Below, piece after piece: positions 1 to 13,299 of a DNA stretch of 64,000 nucleotides (positions are counted from its first letter, which is position 1; each line of letters starts with the position of its first letter). Made by a program: the position numbers and the translations under genes. Source of the DNA: Eledone cirrhosa. Taxonomy: Eukaryota. Under the pieces are notes generated by a model. That model ran no database searches. It was not told the origin of the DNA and worked only from the letters and a program-made list of their open reading frames with translations. Location of the stretch: contig OZ024741.1 of assembly GCA_964016885.1 (NCBI GenBank), positions 191,704,001-191,768,000 on the forward strand. The letters run 5' to 3'.

Positions 1-420
1 TTGCATAAATGCCAGTGAATCACCTTTCCTATTATATCGTGTCTCCAGCCTTTATAGTGAGTCTGGGCTAGATGTTTACACTCAGATACAATGTGAGCCA
101 CAGTCTCCTCTCTCTCTCTACAGATCCTACACAGTGAGTTAGCCTCCTCCTTGTCAATATGGTGTTTCGCCCACTTCGTACTGAGGGGTTGCTCTTGTAT
201 AGCCATTAGCATTCCTTCTGTAGCTTTTTTAAGGTCTCCTCTTTTTAACCAGCTCCATGTCTGTGGATCTCTGAAATCCATTTTCTTAAAAAAGGTACTA
301 TGAAGGGATTTTTTATGAAGGTTGCTTTTTCCTCTTTGTTCCTTCCTCCTTGAACATCCCCTGGTCTATTTTCTTCTCCTTCAGTACAACTTTGAACATC
401 GGCTCCCTACTCTGACACAT
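1..420 (-). mobile_element. R4/Dong-like (RLE-type) non-LTR retrotransposon fragment, C-terminal CCHC region
   Basis: Minus-strand manual translation gives WSWLKRGDLKKATEGMLMAIQEQ...CRIC...ETVAHIVSEC...RHD...IHWHLC, typical of the R4-clade post-RT zinc knuckle. Confidence 0.75.
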
Positions 421-444
421 AATAGTGCAGACTGCTTTTCTTCA

Positions 445-735
445 ATTAACTTTGCCTTTCATCCTTACGGGGTCGATAAAATAAAGTACCAGTAATGCAC
501 TGGGTAATTGCTGGCCTTGTGCCAAAAGTAGAAACAATTATTATTATTATTATTAGTACGGTAGAGGGTCGGACGCCATGCTTTGCAGCAAAGAGTTATG
601 ACCCTTTATGGTCTCAGTTCAAATCCCACCGAGGTTAACTTTGCCTTTCATCCTTACAGGGTCGATAAAATAAAGTACCAGTAATGCACTGGGATAATTG
701 CTGGCCTTGTGCCAAAAGTAGAAATAATAATAATT
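445..735 (+). mobile_element. Two tandem copies of tRNA-derived SINE family 1 with (ATT)n/(AAT)n tails; first copy 5'-truncated
   Basis: Direct repeat of TTAACTTTGCCTTTCATCCTTAC.GGGTCGATAAAATAAAGTACCAG...TGTGCCAAAAGTAGAAA; B-box-like AGTTCAAATCC near 616; further copies at 7491, 37160 and 38300. Confidence 0.75.
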
Positions 736-1455
736 TTTATTGCGCATCATTACTGCTTTACCGAGCACAGCTCTGTGCACCTTGGGTATGAGCAGTGTAG
801 TTTTTGCTGGTATTGTTTCTATTGTATTGATAATACTTTTCATAATATGTGTGCAGTGCCTAGTAGTGCTATCTTTTGTATGGTGTATATATTTGTAAGT
901 CCTGGGGTTTGGGTTATGTATTTGTCTGTGTGATTTTTTATCATTCCCAGAGCACCTATTATTATAGGTATTGTTTCTGTTTTCATTTTCTACATTTGAG
1001 TTATTTCTATCTCTAGATCTTTATATTTAGAGAGTTTCTCTATTTCCTTGGAAGATATATTGTCATCTGTGGGAATTGATACATTTATTAGAAGGCATTT
1101 TCTTTTTGTGGTCTTTGACTATAATATCTGGTCGGTTGGCTTTGATCTCTCTGTCTGTATGTATTGGCATATCCCAGAGAATGGTTTGTCATTCTCTGAC
1201 TCTTTTTCTGGTATGTGTTTGTACCATCTTTTATCTGTTGGTATTTCATAATGCTGGCATAATTTCCAATGTATGAAGGTCCCAACTCTATTATGCCTGT
1301 GGATGTATTCCTTTTTGGCTAGTGCTGGCCATCCAGAGACAATGTGGTTGATTGTTTCTTGCCTATCTCCACATATTCTACAGTTGCTTATAGTGCTTTG
1401 TTTCATTATGTACTTCTGGTAGTTTCTGGTGGATATACTCTTGTCCTGCGCTGTA
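736..1455 (-). mobile_element. R4/Dong-like LINE 3' end (CCHC finger plus restriction-like endonuclease), frameshifted
   Basis: ORF 1119..1478 has CRICGDRQETINHIVSG...RHNRV...HWKLC; the next frame gives ANRPDIIVKD...EKLSKYKDLEIE...IPIIIGALG. Both ends lie near (AAT)/(ATT) repeats. Confidence 0.85.
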
Positions 1456-1719
1456 TTATTATTGTTATTATTGAACATGTAAGACGTACGATTCTGGGCT
1501 CCAGCAGGTTGGTGGATTTAAGTTGTTTAAAGTAGTATTTTGTTAAAAAATTTTGTTGATAAGGGGACATTGGTCCTTGTCCCCAAGAAAGTAGAGCCCC
1601 ACTTTATTTTGTTTGAAAAATATTCAAAAAAAAACATGGATGGAGCTTCTCCCCCCCCCCCACCTAACGTTAAGCCAACTGTTATGTGACAGCGGCTCGA
1701 GCATTGAGCTAAGTGACAC

Positions 1720-4375
1720 CACCATGGGGAAAACTAACACAAATTTAGGCAGTATTGTCAATAACAACGGCACAAACAACAAAAACAAAACAAACTAGAA
1801 CATCGGAATTCATGACAACAACACCAACGGCAGAAGCAGCGATGACATCATCAACAACAATGTGAACACCACCAGCAACAACAGCAACAACATATTTGCT
1901 GCTGCAACAGCTAGAAAAAGGCCATGTTTTCACATCGACTTAACGGACAAGGAGCAATGTTTGGCCCAGGCATGGAAGCTGATCAAACCTAACCGTCCTG
2001 GCCAAAGCGATGGAGGCAATGCAGCGGAGGACGATTACATATAGATGCATTTTGGTGCAGAGAAGCAAAGCAGAACTAACCCGACAAGCTGAGGTGGAGG
2101 TTGTACTGAAATGTACCTGAGTAGACATAGATTATATAGAAAGGGGTAAACAATTTGGAACCATCTCAGTGCTGTTCAAATCCAAGGCCCTTGTTATAAA
2201 GCACTCAGTAGCCCCCTTTACGATGGACCACATTGTGATGCACCCATTCCACATGGGCAGGAGGACAGTGAGAGTTTGCATTCCAAGGAGCCCACCAGGT
2301 CTCGACTTGTGGTGGCTCCTGGGGTGTGTAATCAAGGAGGTACCAATGGTACCCTCATCGATGTCACCAAAAACGCCCAAGAGGACCGGTCCAAGGTGAA
2401 TTTGGCGATCCATCTCCAAATCAAATTGGAACAGCTAAAAAAACATCCCTGATCAAGTTCACCTCCAGGACGGGTCTATGATACAGGTGGTCACTGAGAG
2501 CAAAAGCCCGCATTGTTTCATTTGCAGTTAAACAACACATCTGCGAGCCTTCTGCCCTCAGCTCAAAAATACAGGGGTGCAAACATCCATTGCGACAAAC
2601 ACCTGTGCCGGGATGCAAAACCTCACTACCAGCAGCACCAGCAACAACACCAACAAGGACCACCAAAACCACCCAGGAAATCACCCAAACAAGCTCTCCC
2701 TCTCTCCTTCTTTCACCTAGAAATGGAGGCCAAATCACCCAACCTCCACAAGCCCTCTGGGATGTAAGTAAATCTTTCCTCTCTTTTAGCCTGCAAACAT
2801 GGCTGTTTTAAGAGTTTAAATGTTCGTGGCCTCAGGTTGTGCTGGAAGCAGGGTTGCTTGCTGAACAACCTCAGGTCACTAGATATGGATGTGACTGCCA
2901 TCAGTGAGACCAGTATTTTCGACTACAATCAGATCTTCACATCTCTTAGTCGGCCTGGAATGGGAGGTTGGGTGGCAGTCTTGTTTAGGAAAGGCCTGGA
3001 TCTTGAGGTAAGTTCGATTTTCCTGGACCTGGATGGTAAGTTGGTGGTCCTGGATGTGTGCAATAATGAAGGTGGTGCCTTTAGACTGGTGGCCATATAG
3101 GCTCTGACCAGAGCTGGGCTGCTGGATTTCTTTAGGTGCCTCAAAGCCTTTCTGGGAATGTATCACCCTTTACTGTTAGTGGGGGACTGGAATTGCATCT
3201 TAGACACACGCTGGGATTGTGAGTGAGTAGCTGATAGGAGTGGAAGGTACAAAAGCCTCAAGTATCTGATCAGCTAGTTCCAACTATCTGACGGGTACCG
3301 ACAGGATTTCCCTAATGCACCAGGACAGTAGATAAGGATAGTATAGTTTGTTCACATTTTCAAACGGTCACCTATTCAGATCACAAATTTGTGACCTGCA
3401 TGGTCGACCTAAATAGAATTCATAGGTTAGGACCTGGTTACTGGAAGCTCAACATGTCGTTCCCGGTATGTAAAGCTTATTGGGACCAGGTCACCACTTT
3501 AGTTAAGTGTAAGTTGACAGTATGGTGGGGTGAGTTGTCAACAGTAGGTGGTGGGGTGCTATCAAGAGAGATTTGAGAAGTGTCAATAGGTTTTAGTAAA
3601 GAAGTAGTGTTAGAAAAGAATAGAAAGGAGGGGGAACTGGTACCTAAATTAGATGAAGCTATTAGAAGTGGCATTGCAACTGACTTACTACTGGCAAGAA
3701 TGGCATATGACCATTTCTTCTATGGGAAATACTAAGGCGCATGAAAAAGAGGGAACCAAAGCTGTTTGATCGGCCCTTGTGGCAGAGGTGCAGCATGGTA
3801 ACCAAATCATGATTTGGTCTTTGACGGACCGAGACAAACGTGTGCTGAGTGATTCCAAGTAGATATGTGTGGCCTTTCGCCAGCAGTTTGCTCAACTGTT
3901 CAAGGAGGCCAGAGATGGTGGCGGACTTCAGTTCCTACGTCAATGGCCTCCTGCGACTACTCCCAGCCGATTCTGGGTGCTGCGAGAGGCTGATAACAAC
4001 AGCCAAGATTCGGGATTTCAGGTCCATTTCAGGCCCATAACTCTGTTAAACACAGAGTTTAAGATTTTGGCCAAGGTGTTAGCGAAGAGGTTGGCTCTTG
4101 TTGAGGGTATGGTAGGAGAAGTGCAAACTTGCACAATCCTGACCAGGTCCATACACGACAACCTCCACATCATGCAATACATCATAGGCAGAGTAGGGTG
4201 TAAAAATTGTTTTGGGTGGGCTATGATCAATTTAGATCAATCAAAAGCCTTTAATAAGGTCGACCATTGGTACCTGGCGGCTGTCCTCAAGGCAGCTGGC
4301 TTCCGTCCCGTCTTCAGAGGCTGGACTGCTGCAGCATCTACTTAGTGGTCAAAGTAAATGGGCACTCTTCCACTG
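1720..4375 (+). mobile_element. Degenerate L1/Tx1-clade LINE (ORF1 remnant, APE endonuclease, N-terminal RT)
   Basis: LNVRGL, AISET, GDWNC, SDHK, GPGYWKLN, FRPITLLNTEFKILAKVLAKRL and LDQSKAFNKVDH across broken frames. Confidence 0.8.
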
Positions 4376-5789
4376 GCTCTCCTTAGTAGTTACCCTGGTC
4401 CTCACTGTATACCCTCATACCATCCATACTCCTTAGTAGCTATTTCTTGCCATCATTGTATATGCTCATCCCATTCATGCTTCACTTTTTAGTAGCTATT
4501 CTTACACCTCACCACTACACACCAGTCATAATGCCTTAGCAGCTGCTATCACTACAGTGCCCCATCATATCATATACTTATTGTCCTTCTTGCTCATAGG
4601 GTAGAGAGGTCACTACATTTGTGTCAATGACTGACAGCCTCTTTAGTGCTGGCATCACAAAAAATGCACCCAGTATACCCTATAAGGTGGTTGGTGATAG
4701 GAAAGGTATCCCACTGTAGAAACCTTGCCAAACAAAAAGTCAGTTGTGTTAAAGATATGCCAAACTCACAAGTGTTGGTGATCTACAGGTTAAGTGCCTC
4801 TTTGGTCCCATTGTACAGCCCAAACCATAGCCTTGGAACAAGCCCAAATCTTTTAAATGAAATTGTACAGACAGAATTTTGCAGAGGTTCATCAAATGTA
4901 CAATATATGTACATTAATGGTTGGCTTAATCTGTCATTTGGTTTAACACCACCAATTAGCTCTTGGGTGCCTTTAGCATAATAAACTCTGTTGCAAGCAT
5001 TTCAGTCAGGTTGCCAGTTTCTTCCTACTTTTCTCCCATCAGTCTCAAAGGTCCTACAAAATGGACATGGACTTCCTCCACTAAACTATATAAATAATAA
5101 AAAAAAAATAAAAATGAAAATAATTTGAATTATTAACTTACTGAAATAATGACCATTCTCAGTTAATATTTCCCATTAACTTTTTTTATCATCTTGAAAG
5201 GCCATCAGTTGAGTTGGAGTATATCAATATGAATTGATGAATTTTTTATTAAACTAATACTGTTTATTTTTTATTGTATATGCTTGGTAGTAGCAAACAG
5301 AAAAAAAAAAAGTATAAAAGTGGTTTTGTATCAACTCATAAAATAGTGTTGATAAATATTAGATTGTGTATGTGTGTATGTATGTGTGTATAACTTAAGA
5401 ATGCCAGGTGATGAAAGAATGGCTTTAATAACAACAATGACACCACATTAAAGCAAACAGTCAAGTAGCAGAATACAACAGCTCAAACTTAAGATGGCGC
5501 ACAAGAGGTAAGTCAAGTTACAATGTACTTTATGTGCGGTAGTACAATCATATTTAATATAGTGTTATCTAATTTTTTTTTTCATTTTTTGCATAGTTAC
5601 TCTCTAAATTATGATATAACATATTAAAATGATTATATTGACATGTATGTACTCCATCAGGAAAAGTGTTAAGATACAGAGTGAGAGATTAAATGTGAAC
5701 ACAGTTTCATAGGCCAAAGATCAACTGGTTCTGAGCTAGCCTTTGTATCCATATATTGATAAACAATGGTTCATGGTTTCAACATCATA

Positions 5790-6550
5790 ATCATCATTTT
5801 ATGTTTACATTTCATGTCAGCATATGTTGGAGTGAGTCAGTTCTTATTCATAATTACTGCCCAATTAAAGGGTCAGAGGGCCATGTCTTGCTGGTACATT
5901 CCATTTTGGGCATAGTTTCTATGGTTGGATGTCCTTCCAAACATTAACCTCTTTACAGAGTGTACTGGGTGTATTTTATTATGGCACCAACACTAGGGAG
6001 ATTGATGTCCTCAACTAAAAACTAAAAGGTCCTCTCAACCCTACTGTTTGATTGCCAACCATTTTACACTTGGAAGTGGATATACTGAAAGAGTTGTTGC
6101 CAGAGTGAGAACAGGGTGGAAGAATCAAAAAGTTTCAGAGTGAAGGGCAGATTGAAGGCTGCATGTGTTTAAACTGTTATGCTGCATGGCATTGACATGA
6201 GCCCTGAGAGCAGAAGAGATGCAACAGCTAAAATGAAATTAAGCATGCATGCTTTGCTGGATGTGTAACTTTAGTGTACATTGAATGATAGAATACAAGT
6301 AAGCTGAGAATAAGAGGAAATAAATGTAGTGCACAAGAGAGATGAGTGCACTGGTATGGTTATGTGATGCATAAGAGGAGTGAGAGTTGTATAAAAAGGT
6401 ACCAAGTGCTCAAAGTAGATGGAACCTATGGCAGAAGGAGATCAAGAAAGATATAGGATAATGTTGTGAAGAATGATCTCAAGAAAGAACCTCACAAAGG
6501 AGAAGACACAGGACCAAGTTGACCAATATGCCATAATACAAAAGACCCTT
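5790..6550. mobile_element. Old degenerate RTE remnants (3' UTR on minus, ORF end on plus)
   Basis: ggttggatgtccttccaa 3'UTR motif near 5925; KLRIRG.KC..QER..HWYGYVM-like translation at about 6300-6480. Confidence 0.5.
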
Positions 6551-7134
6551 CCATCAATATAAGCACTGTAACTCTGAAAGTAAATGTGGTGATAGACTGG
6601 ATGCTACAGTGTTGGCAATAGAACAAAGACAATATAGCATTTGAGAAAACTCCACAGTCAGAAAGAACATGCAACAATCTCTCTAGTTCTGGTGCCATGG
6701 AAAACACTCCCATGACATTATACTGTTGTCACCCCCACCCCACCCCTGCCATATGTCACTTACCCATGACTCATATGTATCATCCTTCCTATCTATACAT
6801 CTTACAACACCTATAGGGTAGAGAGAGCTCTTAAATTGAGTCAGTGGCCAACAACCTCCAGAATGTTGGTGCCATGATGAAATGCACACAGTAGGCTCTG
6901 AAAGAAGGTTGACAATTTGGAATCCATGTAAAAAAAGATTGAGAGGACTCTTCAGTTGTGTCAAGGGTACAATAACCTCTTTATTGTTGATGATCTACAA
7001 GATAAATGTACCCAGTGCACTTATACTGTGCTTAGTGAGAGGCAGGGCATCCAGCCATAGAAAACTTCTGAAACAAAGAGTACAGAAGATTCTTCAGTTG
7101 TGTCAGAATAACTTGATTGTGAAGAGATGTTAGC

Positions 7135-7850
7135 CACATTATTACCAACTGTGAAAGAATATTGTCTCATTATTACCTCCCTGTGAGACACAATGTGATA
7201 GCTAGAATCATCTGGAATACACTAAGGAAAACAAAATTAAAAACAAATGAGGAGGAATATGTTGAGATAGATGGTACTAAGGAATACTGGTGGAACCTGA
7301 AAATAAAAACTATCACCAAATTAAAGCACAACCAGCCTGATATTGTTGTTTGGGACCACACATTGAAAATCAGCTGCCCACTTGATGCCAACAGTGTAAG
7401 AAAAATACAAGAGAAGGAGGACATCTATGGGCCATTGATTAGGAGTTTGCAGATTCAGTATCCAAGATACACCTTCAGCTTCATACTCATTGATTGGCAG
7501 TATCAGTAGAAGGTTAGACGTCATTCTTTGCAGCACAGAGTTACACCCCTTTATGGTGTGAGTTCAAATCCTGCTGAGGTTAACTTTGCCTTTCATCCTT
7601 ACGGGGGTCAATAAAATAAAGTACCAGTAATGTACTGGGGTAATCGCTGACCTTGTGCCAATAGTAGAAGCAATTATTATTGGAGCTACAGGTTATATAC
7701 CAACCCACTTGGACCAAAGTATGATTGAACTTGGATTTGTGGACAAAGAGTGCAGCTCCCTAATTCATAGACTACAAATGGCTGTGATAACTGGCACCTT
7801 CAAAATTTACAAAAAAAATTCTTGCAATTCAAGGGATAACAATTTCTTTT
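7135..7850 (+). mobile_element. R4-like RLE LINE C-terminal fragment interrupted by a SINE
   Basis: ORF 7162 (RHNVIARIIW...HNQPDIVVWD...EKEDIYGPL) resumes after the SINE as IIIGATGYIP (ORF 7655). Confidence 0.75.
7491..7680 (+). mobile_element. SINE family 1, near full length
   Basis: A-box-like TGGCAGTATCAG, B box GAGTTCAAATCC, conserved GCCTTTCATCC core and ATT tail. Confidence 0.75.
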
Positions 7851-7929
7851 CTTTCACAACCTTGCCACCAGCAAGGTGGCCAGTTAAAAATGTACTTGAA
7901 ATTAAAAGAAAGAGAACATACATACATGA

Positions 7930-9310
7930 ATGATCATGCAAAGATCAGTCGGAAGAATTGTTGTCCTGTTCTGGGTGGCGGCATGCCCTGAGGTGGTTAT
8001 AGAGGCTAATCCTGGACCCACATGCTCTGGTGCAGTTGAGGCAAGTGTGTAGTACTTGGTCAGTTGGTGGTTGGGTGGCAGATAGCTTTCTTCTTTGATG
8101 ATTGTCTTCAGTTGCCACCTTCTTGCCCTCCTCAAAGCTGTCAGGTGTTCCCAATCCTTGTGATCAATATTGCCTTGGACCAGCTGGTGCTTGAGTTAGT
8201 CGTTGAAGCGTTTTCGGGGGGCCCTTGGTTTCACTTGCCTTGATGCACTTTGCCGTAGAAAACTACCTTTGGCATCCTAGAGTCATTCATGCGTGAGACA
8301 AGGCCTTCCCAACAGAGATGTCTCAGCATCAGCATGCTCTCAATACTTGTGATATTGGCCCTCTTGAGAACTTCCTTGTTTCTTACATAGTCTTGCCAAT
8401 GAATGCCCATGATGGAGCAAAACGAAAGTCGGATTGCTTTTACGACCATGGCATCATGTTATTCCCAATTGCAGGCAAAATACTAGCTTGTGTCCTGCTC
8501 AATAGACTCATCCAAGCAATTGCAGAAAATGTCCTTCCAGAAAGCCAATGTGGATTCCATGCCAACCGTGGCACAACAGACAGGATTTTTGCCCTCCACC
8601 AGATCCAAGAAAAATGTAGAGAAAAACACATGACCTTGATTAACTTTACAAAGGTATTTGATACAGTCAGTAGGGATGGACTGTGGAAGATCCTAAGCAG
8701 ACTTGGATGTCAGCCAAAATTCCTGACCGTGCTCCAGCAACTCCACACAGGACAGCAGGGACAGGTGAATCTTAATGTTGGTCTCTCTGATCAATTCCCA
8801 ATTGAGAATAGTGTGAAACAAGGCTGTGTCCTTGCCCCAACCCTATATGCAATCTTCTTCAACATGATGCTCCGCAATGCAAAGAAAGATCTGTGGGAGG
8901 GCATATACATCCAGTTCCATACTGATGGAAGTGTGTTGAACTTGCGATGACTGCTCACCCGCACGAAAACACTGGATGAGTTGATCCTAGACCTGCTGTT
9001 TGGAAACAACTGTGCCCTTCTGGTGCACACAGAAGAAGATCTACAGGTAGCCGTTAGCAGCTTTGCTTGGGCAGCCAGGGCCATTGGCCTGGTCATCAGC
9101 CTCAAGAAAACTGAAGACATGTCCCAGAAGCCAGCAAATGAAGAGTACCACCCTACGCAGATTAACATCAATGACAGTGCAGTGGTGCACTTCACATACT
9201 TCAGAAGCGTCATTACCAACAACGCTACCTCAGCAAAGGATATTGACAACTGCATTGCCAAGGCCAGCAGCTCATTCGTTTAGCTTAAGCGCTTTCAAGA
9301 AATGTGTGGT
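7930..9310. mobile_element. BovB-like RTE LINE, degenerate, with inverted 5' part
   Basis: Plus 8445-9310 encodes RT (LPESQCGF, KQGCVLAPTL, IAKASSSF); minus 7930-8440 encodes the C-terminus (IMGIHWQD, LCW.GLVSRM..SRMPK). Confidence 0.8.
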
Positions 9311-10188
9311 GTGCAGGTCTTGGACTCCTGTAGTGCTGCATTTATTCTGGATACGTGTCAGTTCATTCCTTAAGTATCATTCAAAAAACATTTAGAGAAA
9401 TGCAAAAAACACCATAAAAAAATAACATAAAGAAACCATCAAAACAAAGAAACCATGGCAATCTCAGAATTAAGGAAGCCTTAACCATAGCGGAAACACA
9501 CCCGCAAATCAGTAATAGACTAGAATTAAGCACTTTATACGAAACATAGAACAAGGCACACAACACCTAACTTAAAAGGCCACTGGACTCTACACATAAG
9601 GGTACACATGGGCTCGCATACGAGCAAATCCAGGAGAAATTGTGTAATCATGTGTTTATACGACTCTATTCATTTGTGTTTGCGTATTTGCTTGCGTGCT
9701 TACACACACACACGTATGCATATAAAATTCTTTATCTCTCTGTCTATCTGTCTGTTCCTATGCATTCTCAAACGGCTCCACCAAATCAAATCAAATTTTA
9801 CAAGGTAATTTTACAATGTCATTTTTATTTTCATTGGGATTAAAACAATATAGTTGACTATAGAATAATCTTTCTATAGTCAACTATCGTAAACCACCAC
9901 CTCCACCATGTCACATTTTGTATATGAGTGTGTATGTGTCTGTGAGTGTGTGTCTGTTTGTCAGTTCGTTATGTACGTTAAGCCTCAGAGAATTAAATAC
10001 ACACGCACATCTCATACATATAGCCTTAGTAAGTTGCATACACATTATCTTCACACAGAGAATTAAACACACACACATCTACTCATACATATACATGTGT
10101 TGCCAGACAAGTAATAGGTGTGCGTGAATGTATCTCTGTGTGTAACTGTCTTAGTATATGTATGTGAGAGTGTATGTGTGTGTGAGTG

Positions 10189-11970
10189 TCATCATCATCA
10201 TCATCGCTTAACGTCTATCTTCCACACTAGCATGGATTAGACGGGAATTGTCCCACTTGAGGCGAGATTGGTCGGGTGACCGTGTCTCGCTCGTATAGGA
10301 CTATCTGGCAGGTTTACTATCTCTGGATGCCCTTCCTAACACCAACCACATTACAGCATGGACTGTGTGTTTTTTTTGTCGTGACACCTAGACGACCTCA
10401 TTAGTATGGACTGGATGTTGTGGTACCAACATAACTTTACAGAGAAATGTTGGTGGGAGTGGGAGGATGGAGTAGAGGTAGTGGGTTGGGGTGTATATTT
10501 GGTTAAGAGGTACCGTTTGCGTATATTACTATTACACATCCAACGGAGCATGCATGCTTCGTTCCTTTCCAGTCTGCACAGGTCCTCTGCATGTAATGCC
10601 CATGTCTTACTGCCATGTAACATTGCTGTTCGTATACAGGCATCATACAATCTGCCTTTCGTTTTTAGAGAGAAACCTTTCGTGGCCAACAGCGGTATAA
10701 GCTCTCTGAACTTTTTCCATCCCGTTCTGACTCTGGCTACTGTACTTTCAGAGCACCATCCACCACTGCTGATTTTGTCACCCAGGTAACGGAAAGTGTC
10801 CACTATTTCTATAGAACTATCTGGGCAGTAGAAGGAGCTAGTATCCTGTGAGCACTTGCTACTTATTGTACCTGAGCATCGGCCACATATAAAATCTATG
10901 TTCTTAGATAGCTTACCTGTGATCCCACTACATCTTTTATGTACCCATAGTTTGCATTTGGGACATAAAATGGAACTTCTACCTACTTCTTTCCTACACA
11001 CTGAGCATGGCCATTTCCCAGAGGGCACCTATGCCCTATTTTCCTTTCTACTAGTCTTAGACAAGTTAACTTTAAGTCCTTTTGATTCTAGGCCATGTTT
11101 CAATGTTTGGAATTTCTTCTCTAGTTCAGCCATAGATTCAGCTATGAGAGTTAGATCATCTGCGTATAGAAGTTCCCATGGGCAGCCAGTCTTAAACTCC
11201 TCTGTTATAGCCTGAAGGGCAATAATAAACAGGAGGGGGCTAAGGACAGAGCCTTGATGAACATCAACTTTTACGTTAAATTCTTCACTATATTCATTGT
11301 TAATTCTAACCTTACTGACTGTTTCTTTATACATGGCTTGTATAGCTCTCACAAGCTATTCATCTACACCTAATTTTCTAAAGGCCCACCAGATAATGGA
11401 GCGGAGAACTCTGTCAAAGGCTTTCTCCAAGTCAACAAAAGCTAAGTAGAGGGATTTACTTTCCCTGTAGTTGTCGTACAAGGAAAAGAGCATCTGTGGT
11501 ACTTTTTCCTGATACAAACCCAAACTGCATTTCATCTAGATCAGTTCGATCTCTGATTAGTTGTGCTATAACTCTTTCTGTGACCTTCATGACCTGGTCA
11601 ACTAACTTAATGCCTCTATAGTTTCCCCTATCTAGAGCATCTCCTTTACCCTTGTAACAGTTAATGATGATGCTGCAGCTATGCCTGTCATTTGGTATGA
11701 CCCCATTCTATATTACTTGGTTTACTATCCGGGTGACCATAGTATATCTCACCATTCCAGGTGCTTTCAGCTTCTCAGTAACTATTGCTAAAGGCCCAGC
11801 TGCCCTGCCTGTCTTCATATCTTTGATTACCTTATTTATTATACTACCATTGACTTGCACTGCTGGTCCTTCTATTGGATCGATTTGGGGCCGACTATCT
11901 TTTTCCCATTTATTCTCCTCATTTAGTAGTCTCTTAGTAGTGACACTTCCAAGCTACCTTCTTATCAGTA
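10189..11970 (-). mobile_element. RTE LINE with PHD-in-RT, subfamily C, 5'-truncated and defective
   Basis: ORFs 10351 and 11029 (HQGSVLSP, YADD); (GAT)n tail at 10189; stops and an internal deletion near 10510. Confidence 0.9.
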
Positions 11971-12064
11971 TATGTATGTATATATATGTACATATGTATA
12001 TATATGTTTATATATGTATATATATATGTATATATATATATGTATATACATATATGTATATATA

Positions 12065-12655
12065 TATTCATTAGTTAAGCAAAGCAAGACCACAAAATTC
12101 ACATGGAAGTCGTTAGTTAAAGCATAGGTGCACTTTAATGTAAGGAATAAAGAGTGTAATTGTAGTTTAATGTAAGGAATAATAATGTCCGTTTACAATT
12201 GTTTCGCTACTCCATCTAATGTTTCTGGATCAATTGATTATTAGATCGTTATTGATCTGGTACAGAGGAAGATAAGTAACTTAAGTAATGTTATGGAGCA
12301 GCTCTTCAGAACTATAGATGAGATAATGAAAATATTTATAAAGATAAGATGGAATAAGACATAAAATAAAGTAAAGTAAGATGGTTACGTGACTAAGATT
12401 ACATAGATTGGCATTTCATGAAAGGAGTCCTGGATAGGTCAAATGTCTGCTATAAACATGCATTAGGCTTCTGTCGAGGCTTTATTAAGCAAGATCTGCC
12501 TATGCGTAACAAGATGGGTACTTTTACGAAATTATATGGAGTAGCGAAACAATTGTAAACGGACATTATTATTCCTTACATTAAATTGCAACTATGCTTT
12601 AACTAACGTCTTCCATGTGAATTTTGTGGTCTTGCTTTGCTTAACTAATGAATAT
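12065..12655 (-). mobile_element. Non-coding PLE-type element with inverted terminal segment and hammerhead
   Basis: About 12065-12215 is the reverse complement of about 12535-12655; HHR on the minus strand. Confidence 0.65.
12191..12312 (-). ncRNA. Type I hammerhead ribozyme with long helix II
   Basis: GUU-CUGAAGA-GCUGCUCCAU...AUGGAGUAGC-GAAAC-AAUU-GUA/AAC; helix I is only about 3 bp. Confidence 0.7.
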
Positions 12656-12830
12656 TTCCAGTTCTGTGCACCTAATCTCTGCATGAACCCAGTTCTCTTG
12701 CTGCCTTCCACTGCATACTGCACATCGAGCACATGCTTTTATGCTTTTGGCTTCTAACACCTTCACCAATCTCTCTTCTCCTCTCCTATCTCCATCTCTC
12801 TCTTTAAGATTGGTTTACTCTCGAACTGTG

Positions 12831-12888
<58 letters not shown>

Positions 12889-12919
12889 TGTATATATTAT
12901 ATGTACATATATATGTATA

Positions 12920-12964
<45 letters not shown>

Positions 12965-12967
<3 letters not shown>

Positions 12968-13298
12968 GAGGCACATGGCTTAGTGGTTAGAGCATTGGCT
13001 TTGCAATCGAAAGGTTGTGAGTTCAATTCTCAGACCGGGTGATGTGTTGTTTCCTTGAGCAAGACACTTTATTTCACGTTGCTCCAGTTTACTCAGCTGT
13101 AGAAATGAGATGATAGGGACTGGGATCCCTATCATTCGTGGAGGTGCCACGGCAAAAAAAGCACCCAGCACTCACTGTAAATGAGGTTGGTGTTAGGAAG
13201 GGCATCCAGCTGTAGAAATCAAGCCAGAATCAGTTCCCGTCCCACCCTTGCAAGCAGGGAAAAGTGGACGTAAAATGAAATGATGATGAAATGATGAT
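12965..13298 (+). mobile_element. tRNA-derived SINE family 2 with RTE-derived 3' tail, inserted in (TA)n
   Basis: A box TGGCTTAGTGG, B box GAGTTCAATTC, core TCCTTGAGCAAGACAC; tail matches the RTE-A 3'UTR; (GAT)n end. Confidence 0.85.
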
Positions 13299-13299
13299 A

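Noticed and set aside
4780-5520. Possible host exons (GTAAGT donors near 5140 on minus and 5508 on plus; acceptor-like tract near 5090)
   Set aside because: The minus-strand splice frames tried contain stops, and no recognisable protein emerged on either strand.
12965-13045. tRNA gene
   Set aside because: Imperfect cloverleaf continuing into a SINE core and LINE tail; it is a SINE head.
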